Part shown: positions 18,651-28,865 of the stretch, piece by piece | How positions within the stretch are numbered: position 1 is the first letter of the stretch | Layout: every line of letters begins with the position of its first letter | Made by a program: the position numbers and the translations under genes | The notes under the pieces: generated by a model | The model's input: the letters and a program-made list of their open reading frames with translations, nothing else | Told to the model about the DNA's origin: nothing | Database searches by the model: none | Source of the DNA: an uncultured bacterium | GTDB lineage: Bacteria > Patescibacteriota > Minisyncoccia > UBA6257 > 2-01-FULL-56-20 | Direction of reading: 5' to 3' | Assembly: GCA_963844965.1 (NCBI GenBank) | Contig: CAWJQC010000004.1 | Coordinates: 152,489 to 216,488, forward strand | DNA length: 64,000 bases

Positions 18651-20251
18651 TATCAAAAAATACACCGCACGTAAATACCTATTTTCTCTACGCCCGCAAA
18701 TCCACCGACGTTGAAGACAAGCAAGTCCGGTCTATTGAGGACCAGCTTGCCGTATTGCGGGCGTTGGCCAAAGGCGAAGGACTAACTATCGCCAGAGAGT
18801 TTATTGAGCGGCAATCGGCCAAGAAGCCGGGCCGCCCCGCTTTTAACGAAATGCTCGCCTTGATTGAAAAAGGCGAAGCGCAAGGAATCCTCTGTTGGAA
18901 ACTTGACCGCTTGGCTCGCAATCCGGTTGATAGCGGCCGCATATCTTGGCTCTTACAGCAGGGCGTTATCCGGCACATCCAAACGCACGACCGAAGCTTT
19001 TATCCTACGGACAATGTTTTGATGACGAGCGTAGAGTTCGGGATGGCGAACCAGTTTATCCTTGATTTGAAAGTGAACACCAAACGCGGCCTTGACGCCA
19101 AAGCCAAGCGCGGCGACTATCCGGGCCATGCTCCCATCGGCTACATCAACGACACCCGCGTAAAGCTCGTGGCCGTTGATAAAAGGAAATCCAAAATTAT
19201 CAGGCGCGCGTTTGAACTCTACGCCGAGGGCAACTGGCGTTTGGAAGACGCCGCCAAATTCCTTTTGGAGAACGGTATTAAAACGAAAGGCGACAAACCC
19301 TTGTCGCGCGACCGAATCTCTTATCTCTTGACCAATCCTTTTTATTACGGCAATTTCCGCTACAACGGGGAACTTTACGAAGGCAATCACGAGCCGATAA
19401 TTACGAAGCAACTTTTTGACAAAGTTCAGGCGGCGTTGAAAGCGCGAAGCAAGCCGCCCTCAAGTCCCGCCAATCACCCGCAAGCTCTTTGCGGGGCTAT
19501 CCGGTGCGGCACTTGCGGCATGATGATAACCGCCGAGCGTAAGATAAAACACCAGAAAAACGGCAATGTCCACGAATACACTTATTATCGTTGTACCCGC
19601 AAGAACAAAGCGATCCGGTGCTCCGAGCCGCCTATCCGCGAGGACGCGCTTAATCGGCAGTTATCGAACCTTATCAAAAAGTATGCTTTGCCGGACGATT
19701 GGGCGGCGGAGCTATTAAAAATGTCCGAGCGGGACGAACAGGAAGCCGCCCAATCAACGACCGCCCTCGTCCGAGAGGCGCGGGACGAGATACAGGCCAT
19801 TTCTCAAAAACTCCAACGCCTTCTTGACGCATATCTTGACCAAGATATTGAGCGGGAAAGCTACCGCTTCGAGAAGGCAAACCTTCTCTCCCGCAAGAAG
19901 TCGTTGGAGGAGAAAATCGGCAATTTGGAGCAAGGGGCGATTGCTTGGGTTGAACCCCTGCGCGATTGGATAAAAGACGCTCAAACGCTGAACGAAATGA
20001 CGGAAACGACCCCCTTACCCCTCAAAAAATCGTTCGCTCAAAAAATTTTCGGATTGAACCTGACACTCCACGCGCGCGAAGCGCGCGGTTTTGCGGAAAA
20101 ACAATGGGCTTCCATTGTGGAAGCCCATTGTTCGGTGAATAAAAAACCTTTAAGTTGTGTTATGGAGCGGGCGAAGGGAATCGAACCCTCGTCTATAGCT
20201 TGGGAAGCTATCGTACTGCCACTGTACTACGCCCGCAAGATAGCCCACTAA
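18647..20251 (+). CDS. Large serine recombinase (resolvase catalytic domain, recombinase domain, zinc ribbon, coiled coil). Intact.
   Basis: 534 aa. N-terminal YARKSTDVEDKQVRSIEDQ…GLTIAREFIERQSAKK…PAFNEMLALIEKGEAQGILCWKLDRLARN. Zinc ribbon CGAIRCGTCGMM…YYRCTRK. Confidence 0.85.
   Translation: MVSKNTPHVNTYFLYARKSTDVEDKQVRSIEDQLAVLRALAKGEGLTIAREFIERQSAKKPGRPAFNEMLALIEKGEAQGILCWKLDRLARNPVDSGRISWLLQQGVIRHIQTHDRSFYPTDNVLMTSVEFGMANQFILDLKVNTKRGLDAKAKRGDYPGHAPIGYINDTRVKLVAVDKRKSKIIRRAFELYAEGNWRLEDAAKFLLENGIKTKGDKPLSRDRISYLLTNPFYYGNFRYNGELYEGNHEPIITKQLFDKVQAALKARSKPPSSPANHPQALCGAIRCGTCGMMITAERKIKHQKNGNVHEYTYYRCTRKNKAIRCSEPPIREDALNRQLSNLIKKYALPDDWAAELLKMSERDEQEAAQSTTALVREARDEIQAISQKLQRLLDAYLDQDIERESYRFEKANLLSRKKSLEEKIGNLEQGAIAWVEPLRDWIKDAQTLNEMTETTPLPLKKSFAQKIFGLNLTLHAREARGFAEKQWASIVEAHCSVNKKPLSCVMERAKGIEPSSIAWEAIVLPLYYARKIAH
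20163..20236 (-). tRNA. tRNA-Gly (anticodon CCC)
   Basis: Reverse complement GCGGGCGTAGTACAGTGGCAGTACGATAGCTTCCCAAGCTATAGACGAGGGTTCGATTCCCTTCGCCCGCTCCA. 7-bp acceptor stem, D-arm GTAC/GTAC, anticodon loop TTCCCAA, T-loop TTCGATT, encoded CCA. It lies antisense inside the recombinase 3' coding end. Confidence 0.85.
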
Positions 20252-20357
20252 GTCCTTCTTTGGTGCGGGGCTTGGGAAGGTCTCGCCTGCATACCGGCAG
20301 GCAGGTTCTGCCACTGAACCATACCCGCGTTTTTTGTTACATGCTACATGTTACATG

Positions 20358-21191
20358 TCACTTGTCGCTAACGAGCGGCACAAAACTGAAACCGAAATAC
20401 TCTTTCTCTTTCCAGCCGGAGGCTGGTCCGCCTTTGGCGGAAACACCTTTCCCTGAAATTTTATCCAAAACGACGATGCTTTGTCCAACGGGAGCGACGA
20501 TGCGGCCGCCGATCTTGAGCTGATTCTTCCATTCTTTGGGTATCAGCTCAAGCACGGATGAACGCGGATAAGACGCGGATTGAAGCTGATTCTCAATGGC
20601 GGCGCTTGCGAGAATCTTGTCAAATCCTCCGACCGGCAAAAATTCTTTTGGCGCGCCGCGATAGCCGTCGCCGCAATGAAATTTAACAATCCCCTTCTCT
20701 ACAAAATTGTATTTGCGCACGTTCACCTCGCCGAATTTGCACAGTTCCTGGATGCGTTCTATGGCTATCACGCATCCCGCGGATGTACGCTGAACTGACG
20801 CGGAACTACGCGGAATTTTTTTCGCATTAAGCCGCGCAGCATTGCTAGGAATTTTTTCTGCGTTATTCTGCGTACTGTCCGCGTTTATCCGCGCGGCTCT
20901 GCTCACACAGTATGCGAGCAGAGCCGACGTCCAGCCGGAGCCCGCACCGACATCCAGAATTTTTTCTCCCGCGTGCGGCTCGAAAAGCTCCAGCATGAAC
21001 GCCACGGTAAGTGGCTGGGAAATCGTCTGCCCATGACCGATGGACAAAGGATAATTTCCGTAAGTCTCTCCCATCGTCTCCGGCAAAATGAAATCCTTGC
21101 GGTCAATTTTTTCAAACGCCTCTATCAAGCGGGGTGTTTTTAGGTATCTGTCTTTTATCAAGGACTGTACTAAAAATTCTTTATCTGTCAT
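20358..21191 (-). CDS. pcm: Protein-L-isoaspartate O-methyltransferase with a ~45-aa low-complexity insertion
   Basis: MTDKEFLVQSLIKDRYLKTPRLIEAFEKIDRKDF…GHGQTISQPLTVAFMLELF…ILDVGAGSGWTSALLAY. The insertion is RINADSTQNNAEKIPSNAARLNAKKIPRSSA. Confidence 0.8.
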   Translation of the reverse strand: MTDKEFLVQSLIKDRYLKTPRLIEAFEKIDRKDFILPETMGETYGNYPLSIGHGQTISQPLTVAFMLELFEPHAGEKILDVGAGSGWTSALLAYCVSRAARINADSTQNNAEKIPSNAARLNAKKIPRSSASVQRTSAGCVIAIERIQELCKFGEVNVRKYNFVEKGIVKFHCGDGYRGAPKEFLPVGGFDKILASAAIENQLQSASYPRSSVLELIPKEWKNQLKIGGRIVAPVGQSIVVLDKISGKGVSAKGGPASGWKEKEYFGFSFVPLVSDK

Positions 21192-21337
21192 CGTATGTAA
21201 AAATTTTATACGCCGATTGCAAAAGAGTAAACCCCCACACCTAAGCATGGGTGTGGGGGTGAACCCCCCGCGCCATAACGAGGATAAAAAAATGGGCCGA
21301 GGGGTTTTACCTCCGGCCCGCCGCAGTTGGACAGCGG

Positions 21338-22360
21338 CTATCGGCGAATGCCGACGCCCTGCGAAAACTGCTTCAGCCAAATTCGCATGAACTCAATGGC
21401 TTTTTCAAATTGCGTAAAGGTCAAACTATGGTCGCCCAGCATATCCAGGATCTGCCGGTCGGGGCAAACCGAGATCACGAGGCGCGCCGGTCTCATTGCC
21501 TTTGCCGCGGCGACGCCGGTAAAGAAATTCGCGTAGTCGTGGAGTTCGCCGTCAGATTCGGCGTAAGCAATAACAAGATCTGCCTCCCAAGAAAGGAAAT
21601 CCCGAAGGGCGCGCCTTTCATAAACATTGAAGGGCTTGCCTTCAACTGATTGATTTTTCGGGAACGAATCATGGTGCAAGATGTGAAGCACTTTTCCGTT
21701 ACGTACAACTTCATCGTCCACACAGGCAAACCAGTCCGAGTCACCGTAAGCAAGGGAGATATCCCCGATGAGATTTACGAACACCGGCTCGTGGTAATCG
21801 GGAATGGAAAATTGCAGCGCCGCTCTCTCAAGGAACGCCAGTCCCTCTTCAAAGGTCCGATATCCCATGAAAGGAAATTCTCCGGAGCCCGTGATGGGCA
21901 TGTACGGATTGCCGGCGAGCATGAAAAATCTCCGATACCTTGAGCGGTTATGGACAAATGCTTTTTCAAACACGCCTTTCAGATTTATATCAATCTCACG
22001 AATCTCACCCCTCGAATCATTCAGCGCGTCCTCAAGAACGACTACGCGCAGACCGTGCGGATTCTTGCCTTTGTGAAGGTAGGTCTCACCTATGGCTCCT
22101 TCTCCGCCCGGGTTGTCTCTTTCAAGATAGCCGAAAATGATATCGGCCTCCGCCGCCATCCATAAATCCAAGCTCCCCCAGCCGTCGTGCGGAAGAGATT
22201 CGTCTGTGCTCTCCGGCCGGTTTCGGCGCGGGTCAAAATAACGAATCATCCTCGAGGGCGGTACGGCGTTCATAATCTCATCGTGCCAGTATATGACCCT
22301 GTCTCCATCTTTCTTCGGGTGCATCCCGCCGGAAAGATACACTGAAATCGGTACGCGCAT
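21338..22360 (-). CDS. Hypothetical protein with two tandem nucleoside 2-deoxyribosyltransferase-like (Rossmann-like) domains
   Basis: 340 aa. Two internally similar halves (VYLSGGMH…DLWMAAEADIIFGYLE and NLIGDISLAYGDSDWF…ADLVIAYAESDGE). Confidence 0.4.
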   Translation of the reverse strand: MRVPISVYLSGGMHPKKDGDRVIYWHDEIMNAVPPSRMIRYFDPRRNRPESTDESLPHDGWGSLDLWMAAEADIIFGYLERDNPGGEGAIGETYLHKGKNPHGLRVVVLEDALNDSRGEIREIDINLKGVFEKAFVHNRSRYRRFFMLAGNPYMPITGSGEFPFMGYRTFEEGLAFLERAALQFSIPDYHEPVFVNLIGDISLAYGDSDWFACVDDEVVRNGKVLHILHHDSFPKNQSVEGKPFNVYERRALRDFLSWEADLVIAYAESDGELHDYANFFTGVAAAKAMRPARLVISVCPDRQILDMLGDHSLTFTQFEKAIEFMRIWLKQFSQGVGIRR

Positions 22361-22514
22361 TAAGTCCTCCTTTTTTGTCTCAAAGCTACTAACAGAGTAT
22401 CAATAAAACAACGGGCAATGCAATAAAAGTTATCCACAGTGACTTCTGCACGTTACGCGATCACGCCGCTATAAAAACAAAGGCCTCGCACCTAAGTGGG
22501 GTGTAAAAAAAACT

Positions 22515-22548
22515 CCCCGACTTTTACATCGGGGACAAATTGGCCAAC
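22515..22548 (-). terminator. Rho-independent terminator (ccccgatgtaaaagtcgggg + AGTTTTTTTT in minus-strand sense) after the exonuclease gene
   Basis: 6-bp GC stem plus a T8 run. Confidence 0.6.
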
Positions 22549-22559
22549 TTTTGACCTAC

Positions 22560-23546
22560 CTACAATCTTACTATTCTGTCCACTCGTTTCCTGAATATCG
22601 CGTACCGGCCCGCTTCGTTATCGGGCAACGACAAAACTTCTTCCCTCGTCACGATTTTCCTGCCGCGAAATTTTGTTCCCTCGCCGAATTGCGAGGACGA
22701 GAAGTCAACATCCTCCCCGCTTAAACAATTGAAATAATGGGGAGCAACGATGCCGCCAGGCAAAACCGCTTCAACGAAAACGATCTCTCCCCCAAAGGCC
22801 TCGTTGGCATAGAGCGCAAACATCACACAGTGTCCCCATGCGGGTCTTTCCAGCGACCAATCCTTGGCGCATCCGGGCCAGCAAGTGTCTTTTCCGGAAG
22901 CGTTTTTTGATACTCTTTCCAGTTTTTTGTACATAAGCTTCCTGTAAACCTCAAACGCTTTCCGCGCGCCGTTTATGGCTTCGTGGACTTCCGGCTCCGG
23001 CTCAAGACCTAGACGCGTGAGGAGCCGGCCGTTCCGGATGCTGAATTCGGCGGGGTCGTAAACTTCTCCCGGTCGAAGAAGTTCCTGCACGGCCATGGAA
23101 CGCGTGTCAAAGCGGGTGTAATGCAAGTGCTTGCTGTATTCGCTTTCGGAAATATCGCACCAGGCGAAGGCGACAGTGAGAAAACTCCAGTCAAAGAACC
23201 AGTTCTGCCCGCCCGGGACCGCAACTGTCCCGTATTTTGAAGCGAAGGGAAGAAGTTCGTCCAATGCGTGTCTGAGCGGCACCGCTTCATCCCACTCGCC
23301 GCGCGCAGCGCGTTCCGGATAATGATTAACGAGGTTGGGCAAGCACCGTTCGGGATGTTCGGGGCGCACTTTTGTCTTTAAAAAACCCAGAACTTTAAGA
23401 TTTTTTTGTTCAACGAGAAGCGCGGCAATGTCTATAATCTCGTGCCAAGGGACAAGATAACCATTAACTTTTTTAAGCGGGTCATGGCCGGTCGTTTCCA
23501 GGTCCAGGAAGAGAAGCGAGTTGTTCATCGTTATTGTCCTTTTCAA
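22560..23546 (-). CDS. DEDDh 3'-5' exonuclease (DnaQ/RNase T-like) N-terminal domain with an uncharacterised C-terminal domain
   Basis: FLDLETTGHDP Exo I motif near the N-terminus. 328 aa. Confidence 0.6.
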   Translation of the reverse strand: MKRTITMNNSLLFLDLETTGHDPLKKVNGYLVPWHEIIDIAALLVEQKNLKVLGFLKTKVRPEHPERCLPNLVNHYPERAARGEWDEAVPLRHALDELLPFASKYGTVAVPGGQNWFFDWSFLTVAFAWCDISESEYSKHLHYTRFDTRSMAVQELLRPGEVYDPAEFSIRNGRLLTRLGLEPEPEVHEAINGARKAFEVYRKLMYKKLERVSKNASGKDTCWPGCAKDWSLERPAWGHCVMFALYANEAFGGEIVFVEAVLPGGIVAPHYFNCLSGEDVDFSSSQFGEGTKFRGRKIVTREEVLSLPDNEAGRYAIFRKRVDRIVRL

Positions 23547-23630
23547 CGTTTCAAATTCTCCCTATAGTTTAAGGCCTAAAAAGAAAAAGTCAACGAAAAA
23601 GGAGCGGTGATAGCCGCTCCATGCGAACAA

Positions 23631-23855
23631 TCAGGATTTCGGTTTCCAGATCGGGCAACGAGTAATCGTAAGCGCAACGTTGTCGTTGACACAAATCTGG
23701 TACAGTGCCTGAGCGACGCGACAATGGTCGGGACTTCCGGGCTTCATATTACCGCAGTTCAAACAAAGACATTCTTCGCGCCGCACCGACTCCGTCGTGG
23801 GGTTGACCCATACCAACTTTCCATAATGTTCTTCTTGTACTGGTTGCACTCTCAT
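23631..23855 (-). CDS. Small Cys-rich (zinc-ribbon-like) hypothetical protein
   Basis: 74 aa, CLCLNCGN…C…C, followed by a terminator hairpin (ggagcgg-tgata-ccgctcc, with a T-run on the minus strand). Confidence 0.4.
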   Translation of the reverse strand: MRVQPVQEEHYGKLVWVNPTTESVRREECLCLNCGNMKPGSPDHCRVAQALYQICVNDNVALTITRCPIWKPKS

Positions 23856-23970
23856 TCAGAACCTCCTTCAGTTTTTAACAATTCCAAAATTTATATTAAC
23901 AGGTGAGACGAGAAAGTCAAGGAAAAAGAAAAAGGCCTGGGGAAAAATCACCAGGCCGGATTTCAAAAGA

Positions 23971-26961
23971 TCAGACAGGATTCGGCAGGAATTCCGCCCA
24001 ATCAAAGTCAAATGGTTTCTTCCAATAATCACGGAGGAAGTCGAACGGCAACGTTCGGATAAGTATGGGCCCGCCATCGGGACCGGACACGGGAAGTCCG
24101 ACAAAAGAAACACCTGTGTTGTTCGGCGGGAAACCAAGCTCGCCGTACACCTCCGTCGGCACGCCGGGCATTGCCATGACATAGACAGTATGTCCGGTGA
24201 GAACCGCGCCGTCGAAGTGCTTGTCGCCGTAGACCTTGAGCGTCATGCGCCTGTCAAAGATGCGGGAGTAGTTCCCGCGCCTTTCGTCGTTGCGAACGGC
24301 AGCAAGAAGCGTGTTACCCCAGCTTGAGAGCTTGGTGGGCTTGTTCCGCACTTCAAGGCCCCACTCATATCCGCCGGGGGCTTTAACAGTTCCCCAGCCG
24401 ACCGTGATGTTGCCGTAAACCGGCGCCTTCACGAGCTCGTCGAGCAATTCCTCCTTGCCATTCCACTGAGGCCTTGCCCGAAGCATGAGCCGCAGATTCT
24501 TGGCGTAGATCGGGCCTTCCAAGATCGCCCACTCCACGGTATTGAGGAAATGATTTCCCGTGGAAAAATTCACCGCGCCAATATCTCTCGTGTCGGGAGT
24601 GCCCGCGGGAAAATGGTCGTTGTCGTTGAACGCACTTACGCCGCGCAGGACTATTCCCGCGTCCACCGTACGCGTCAAGAGCGCATCAAAGAAATCAATA
24701 TTCGGCTCAAGTAGGCGCTCGATAGCTTGGTCAACCTGATCCTGCGTCCAGTGCTCGCCTCGCACCTGAAACTGATAAAGGTTGAAGCGCCGCATTTCGC
24801 GCAGAACTTCGAGCCGCTTCGCCGCGTCACCGCGCTCCGCCTCTTTCAATGCCGCGAGCCATCTTCCTTCGATCTTGTGGAAGGGAATCTTGTGCTGATG
24901 AGGCTGTTTTTGAGTTTCAAAGTGGTTGCCCTGCGTAGGGTCGTCCGCTATCGCGAAAATATGCAGGGGCATTTTCCCTTTCTCAAAAAGCTTTGCGCGC
25001 CGCATCATTTCGATGACGGCTTCACACATGCCGAGGTCTCGCCCGTTTTCGGGATGGACAAATTCTTTCCAGCCCCAGCCCCAGTGCGGGTCGGAGGGAA
25101 GCATTGCCCAAATATACTTATCGCTCGGTGCATCTTTCGTTTTAGAATAGATGCCATGTCCCACTTCGCTCTTGATGAGCGCGCCGACCGTGAAAGGCTC
25201 GGCGTGCACCACGCCGTCGATGCAGGCAAGATCTATCACGCCCGCCTGGAATTGGCCGGCCCAGATCGCCTTCTCCAGAGGATGAACTCTCTTTGTGGTC
25301 TCCAGAAGTTGCGATCGGAGGAACTTCTCGTCAATAAGAATGGGGGCGACATATACCCGCGCAGAGCCCCTTTTGCCGCGGACATCCACTTCGCGTGTCG
25401 TCCTGCGGAAATTTAGCGAGTGCGGATGGCAGCGGACAACCGTCCTCGGGATCTCACCGCGAAGAACGCGCGGTCCGTAGTGGTCGGAAAAATCCGCGAG
25501 CAATTCGTCGGTAACCCGAGTATGGGGCGGGATCTCAAAAAGCACCATCTCGTCGCCGATCTTCATGTAGGTAGAACCCTGTCCGATGACTTTCGAGTTG
25601 GGGATCGCCTCTTCGATCTTTTGAACAACAAATGTGCGGATGCGTCGCGCATAATCTTCCATGTCTTCGCGGCGATGGTTCGAAACCCTCGTTCGGGAAA
25701 GTTCTTCGGCAATCATGTTGCGATTTTCGGTAAGTTCCTCAATTTTCTTTTTGGCCGCGCCGGATTCCAACGCCTTTTTGAGCTCCTTGTTCGCAAGCGA
25801 CAGTTCAACCGCAAGGTCTTTCTGCCGTAAGAGCGTCTTGTAACGGAGTTCCCAATAGGTCGCGGTCTTGATGAAGTCATCTTCTTTCGGTCCGAGAATA
25901 ATGAACACGGAACCCTGAAATTCCGGCTTGCCGTCGGGGCGCATATCGTTCTTTCTCCATCCGGAGAGAATGTTCAGGAATTTTTCCGCAACCGTTTCGT
26001 AGATGAATCCTTCCTCATCACCAGCGAGAACCGCTTTGGCCCGCGGCTGGTAAGATTCCGACAGGATATCCACGTTCGTGTTGTAACCGGAGATCTGAGA
26101 ACGGTAAATCTGCGGAGTGCCTCCGGCCTTTTTAAGGTCAAGGTCAATGAGGCTCACGAGAACCACGAAATCTTCTTTCCTGCGTTGAGCATTGGCCAAT
26201 GCGCAACGGACGGGATTCTCTTCAATGATAGGCGTGTGCTTGATACCGATGTTCGCGCCGTTAATGACCCTTCCCGTCCAATGAGACTTCGTGACGCCCG
26301 ATATATAGGGATGCTTGATGGAGTTTTTCTCGAACCGTACGATATCCCTCGGATCGATCTTGCTCACGTCGGTTACGCGCCCGATGCCGCGCATGAACTC
26401 AGCCGGGTGCTTCAGGTTGCTTATGCCACGGAGTTCTCTCACCTTCGCTGCCGCAAATCTTTGCGGAATATACGAGTAGTACTTCAGGAAGGTTTCTATC
26501 GGCATGCCGCGCCGCATCACTTTCTCAAACGCCTTAAGCGTCTCGCTGTCCCAGACAATTCCCGAAACCTTTTCGGTAAAATCTTCGCGGTTCTGGAGAA
26601 AATTCGGCTTGATGCTCGCCACGTCGGCTTCCTTGCGGAGTTTTTCGTGGAGTTTTGCTATGGCATTATCACCATCGAGCAAAGCGCCGTGAACTATCAG
26701 CTCACGCAGCTCGCCTTCGAGCGGTTCTTCCTGCGCATTGCCGCGCTCATAGCTGATACGCAAATTACTAGCCAGAGATTTAATGTATTCCTGAGTAGTT
26801 TCAACACCGTGTGCGTTTTTGACATGCTCTAGCACGCCACGCGCGCCGAAGCGTTCATAATACTTCTTAACGGCTTCGCGGATTATCTTTGCCTTAGCGC
26901 CTGGATCCTGGTACTTTATCCCAAGTTCACCGGCCGTGTGAGAGATCGTGCTTACTGACAC
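23971..26961 (-). CDS. Large (996-aa) hypothetical protein. A possible calcineurin-like metallophosphoesterase-type motif lies in the central region (weak call).
   Basis: Long uninterrupted ORF with a GTG start. Motif-like stretches DPHWGWGW … IFAIADDPTQGNHF. No confident family assignment. Confidence 0.45.
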   Translation of the reverse strand: MSVSTISHTAGELGIKYQDPGAKAKIIREAVKKYYERFGARGVLEHVKNAHGVETTQEYIKSLASNLRISYERGNAQEEPLEGELRELIVHGALLDGDNAIAKLHEKLRKEADVASIKPNFLQNREDFTEKVSGIVWDSETLKAFEKVMRRGMPIETFLKYYSYIPQRFAAAKVRELRGISNLKHPAEFMRGIGRVTDVSKIDPRDIVRFEKNSIKHPYISGVTKSHWTGRVINGANIGIKHTPIIEENPVRCALANAQRRKEDFVVLVSLIDLDLKKAGGTPQIYRSQISGYNTNVDILSESYQPRAKAVLAGDEEGFIYETVAEKFLNILSGWRKNDMRPDGKPEFQGSVFIILGPKEDDFIKTATYWELRYKTLLRQKDLAVELSLANKELKKALESGAAKKKIEELTENRNMIAEELSRTRVSNHRREDMEDYARRIRTFVVQKIEEAIPNSKVIGQGSTYMKIGDEMVLFEIPPHTRVTDELLADFSDHYGPRVLRGEIPRTVVRCHPHSLNFRRTTREVDVRGKRGSARVYVAPILIDEKFLRSQLLETTKRVHPLEKAIWAGQFQAGVIDLACIDGVVHAEPFTVGALIKSEVGHGIYSKTKDAPSDKYIWAMLPSDPHWGWGWKEFVHPENGRDLGMCEAVIEMMRRAKLFEKGKMPLHIFAIADDPTQGNHFETQKQPHQHKIPFHKIEGRWLAALKEAERGDAAKRLEVLREMRRFNLYQFQVRGEHWTQDQVDQAIERLLEPNIDFFDALLTRTVDAGIVLRGVSAFNDNDHFPAGTPDTRDIGAVNFSTGNHFLNTVEWAILEGPIYAKNLRLMLRARPQWNGKEELLDELVKAPVYGNITVGWGTVKAPGGYEWGLEVRNKPTKLSSWGNTLLAAVRNDERRGNYSRIFDRRMTLKVYGDKHFDGAVLTGHTVYVMAMPGVPTEVYGELGFPPNNTGVSFVGLPVSGPDGGPILIRTLPFDFLRDYWKKPFDFDWAEFLPNPV

Positions 26962-27215
26962 ACGAATACCAACTTTCCGGAGTCTCTCTGACCATTTTCG
27001 GCCCCTCTTTCGCGTACCATACCTTTACGATCTCGCGAATTTTCGCTGCCTGAGCCAATATCTTTTGACGTGTCATTCGACACCTCCTTCATATTCAGTT
27101 GTGATTATTCTGCCCTCATTATCACAGGTATGCCAACCACAAGCAATTGTTTTCTGTGCATAACTTGCTCAGCGTGACCAGAAAATTTTGGAAGGATTAC
27201 GTCAAATTCACCCGC

Positions 27216-28685
27216 TTATGGGTGTTTCACTCCCTCCATGTATCCTTCGGCGGTTTGCGACACAAATCTTCCTTTTTCATGGAGCTCTTTAAGGTTTCTC
27301 GCTCCGATATAGGCCATCGCCGAGGCGAGGCCCTGCAGGAGGTCATCAACAAGCTCGTTCACCGTGCACGTAACCGGCACCGTCTCTGTAACACCCTCCG
27401 GCCGCCGGATTCTTTCCAGGTCCCCGCGCTTGTACCGATAGAGCTGAGCAAAGAATGAAGCGGAGCCGACATAATTTTTTACCGGCCGCCCTTCGTCATC
27501 CAAAAATTCCGGACTCGCCGATTCCTCTGTGCGCGCGAGCATTTGCCCCAACATTACGGCCGAGGCGCCGGCAACCAGAGCCTTAGCCAGATCGCCAGGA
27601 TCTTTTATGCCACCATCGGCGATAATCGTTTTCCTATAGCGACGCGCTATGACCGCACATTCCGCAACGGCAGCAAGCTGCGGAATACCAACACCAACAG
27701 CGCGCGTCCGGCAGACAAATCCTGGTCCCTGCCCCACCTTCACGACGTCCGCGCCAATCTCAAAAAGAAACTTCGCGCCTTCCGCCGTTGAAACGTTGCC
27801 CACCGCGAGCGGCAGGTCCGAAAATTCTTTTTTGATTTTCTCCACGGCTTCCTTGGTGTTTACAGAATATGCTCTCGCCGTGTCAATGAGAAGCATGGAT
27901 ATTCCTTCCTTCAATTGCGCCTCAACTTCATAAAGATGCTGTTTGGTAAAAACCCTGCCGACTCCGATGCTACCGGCGCGGACGAATCTCCCGTTAAGAT
28001 CGCGCGTCGCGCGCGGATGTCGGGACTTGTAAAAAAGTCCGTTCGCCGTTATCAAACCGGCCAGTTTCCCGTTCTTTTGGACGAGCGGCAGTTTTTCTAT
28101 TTTGTTTTCGCGAAGGATCTCGGAGGCCTTGGTGAATTTTATTCCGAGCGGAGCCGTAATCACTTTTTTTGTCATAAGGTTGCGCACCAGCTTGCCGTTC
28201 TCTTTTTCGTAAAGCCAGTCGCGGGTGGAAAGAATACCGACAGGACGTTTATCCTTGTCAACGACGATCAAACTCCGCACGTTGAATTCTTTCATAAGCT
28301 CCTTGGCATCTTTCAGGCCGCTTGTAGGAGTTATGGTCAGTGGCTCGTCGATCAAGGCGGAATCCACGCGTCCAATCCTGCGTATCAAGTCCAGGCGTTC
28401 TTTTATCGGCAACGTCTGCGGCGGAAAGGCCAACCCTCCCTCGCGTTCAAGCGCGACCGCCAATTCCAATCCCATCACCGATTCCATGTTCGCGCTCACG
28501 ATAGGCGCGGCGAGTTCAATAGCCGGCGTCAGCTTCGTTTTGAAATCAAAAATTTCCGCGCGTGAGCGGATATCCGAATAATCCTCCGGGAGAACAACGT
28601 CGTTGTACGTCGCGGCAAGGCCGAGCGGCAGGCCTTTTGACGCAAAAAATTCTTCAATTGCAAGTTTTTCTTCGCTCGTAAGCAC
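27216..28685 (-). CDS. guaB: IMP dehydrogenase with a CBS pair
   Basis: Catalytic loop [17 protein letters not shown], and a CBS region ([21 protein letters not shown]). Confidence 0.85.
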   Translation of the reverse strand: MLTSEEKLAIEEFFASKGLPLGLAATYNDVVLPEDYSDIRSRAEIFDFKTKLTPAIELAAPIVSANMESVMGLELAVALEREGGLAFPPQTLPIKERLDLIRRIGRVDSALIDEPLTITPTSGLKDAKELMKEFNVRSLIVVDKDKRPVGILSTRDWLYEKENGKLVRNLMTKKVITAPLGIKFTKASEILRENKIEKLPLVQKNGKLAGLITANGLFYKSRHPRATRDLNGRFVRAGSIGVGRVFTKQHLYEVEAQLKEGISMLLIDTARAYSVNTKEAVEKIKKEFSDLPLAVGNVSTAEGAKFLFEIGADVVKVGQGPGFVCRTRAVGVGIPQLAAVAECAVIARRYRKTIIADGGIKDPGDLAKALVAGASAVMLGQMLARTEESASPEFLDDEGRPVKNYVGSASFFAQLYRYKRGDLERIRRPEGVTETVPVTCTVNELVDDLLQGLASAMAYIGARNLKELHEKGRFVSQTAEGYMEGVKHP

Positions 28686-28865
28686 GCCCCGTAGTAGAAA
28701 CTCAATTTATTTTTTTAATCGCCTGCGCCGAGTCGAATTCCCGCCGCAGCCAATACCTCCTAATGAAAGCTCATCATTTGCTCCTTCTGCCACTTTGCGG
28801 CCAATTGAGTTTTCACTACGGGGCACGAAAGTAATTATAACAAACAAAGAGCGCTTGCGTAGCGC

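Noticed and set aside
18688-18978. Minus-strand ORF sharing RSSFQQxIPCASP with the N-terminal extension of ORF 5704-6612
   Set aside because: Both are antisense to homologous recombinase coding sequence. The similarity reflects nucleotide homology of the sense genes, not a conserved protein.
20325-20355. tacatg short tandem motif (ttacatgctacatgttacatgtcac) considered as a CRISPR/repeat array
   Set aside because: There are only three tiny units with no spacers. It lies in the spacer between the pcm 3' end and tRNA-Gly. I do not call it CRISPR.
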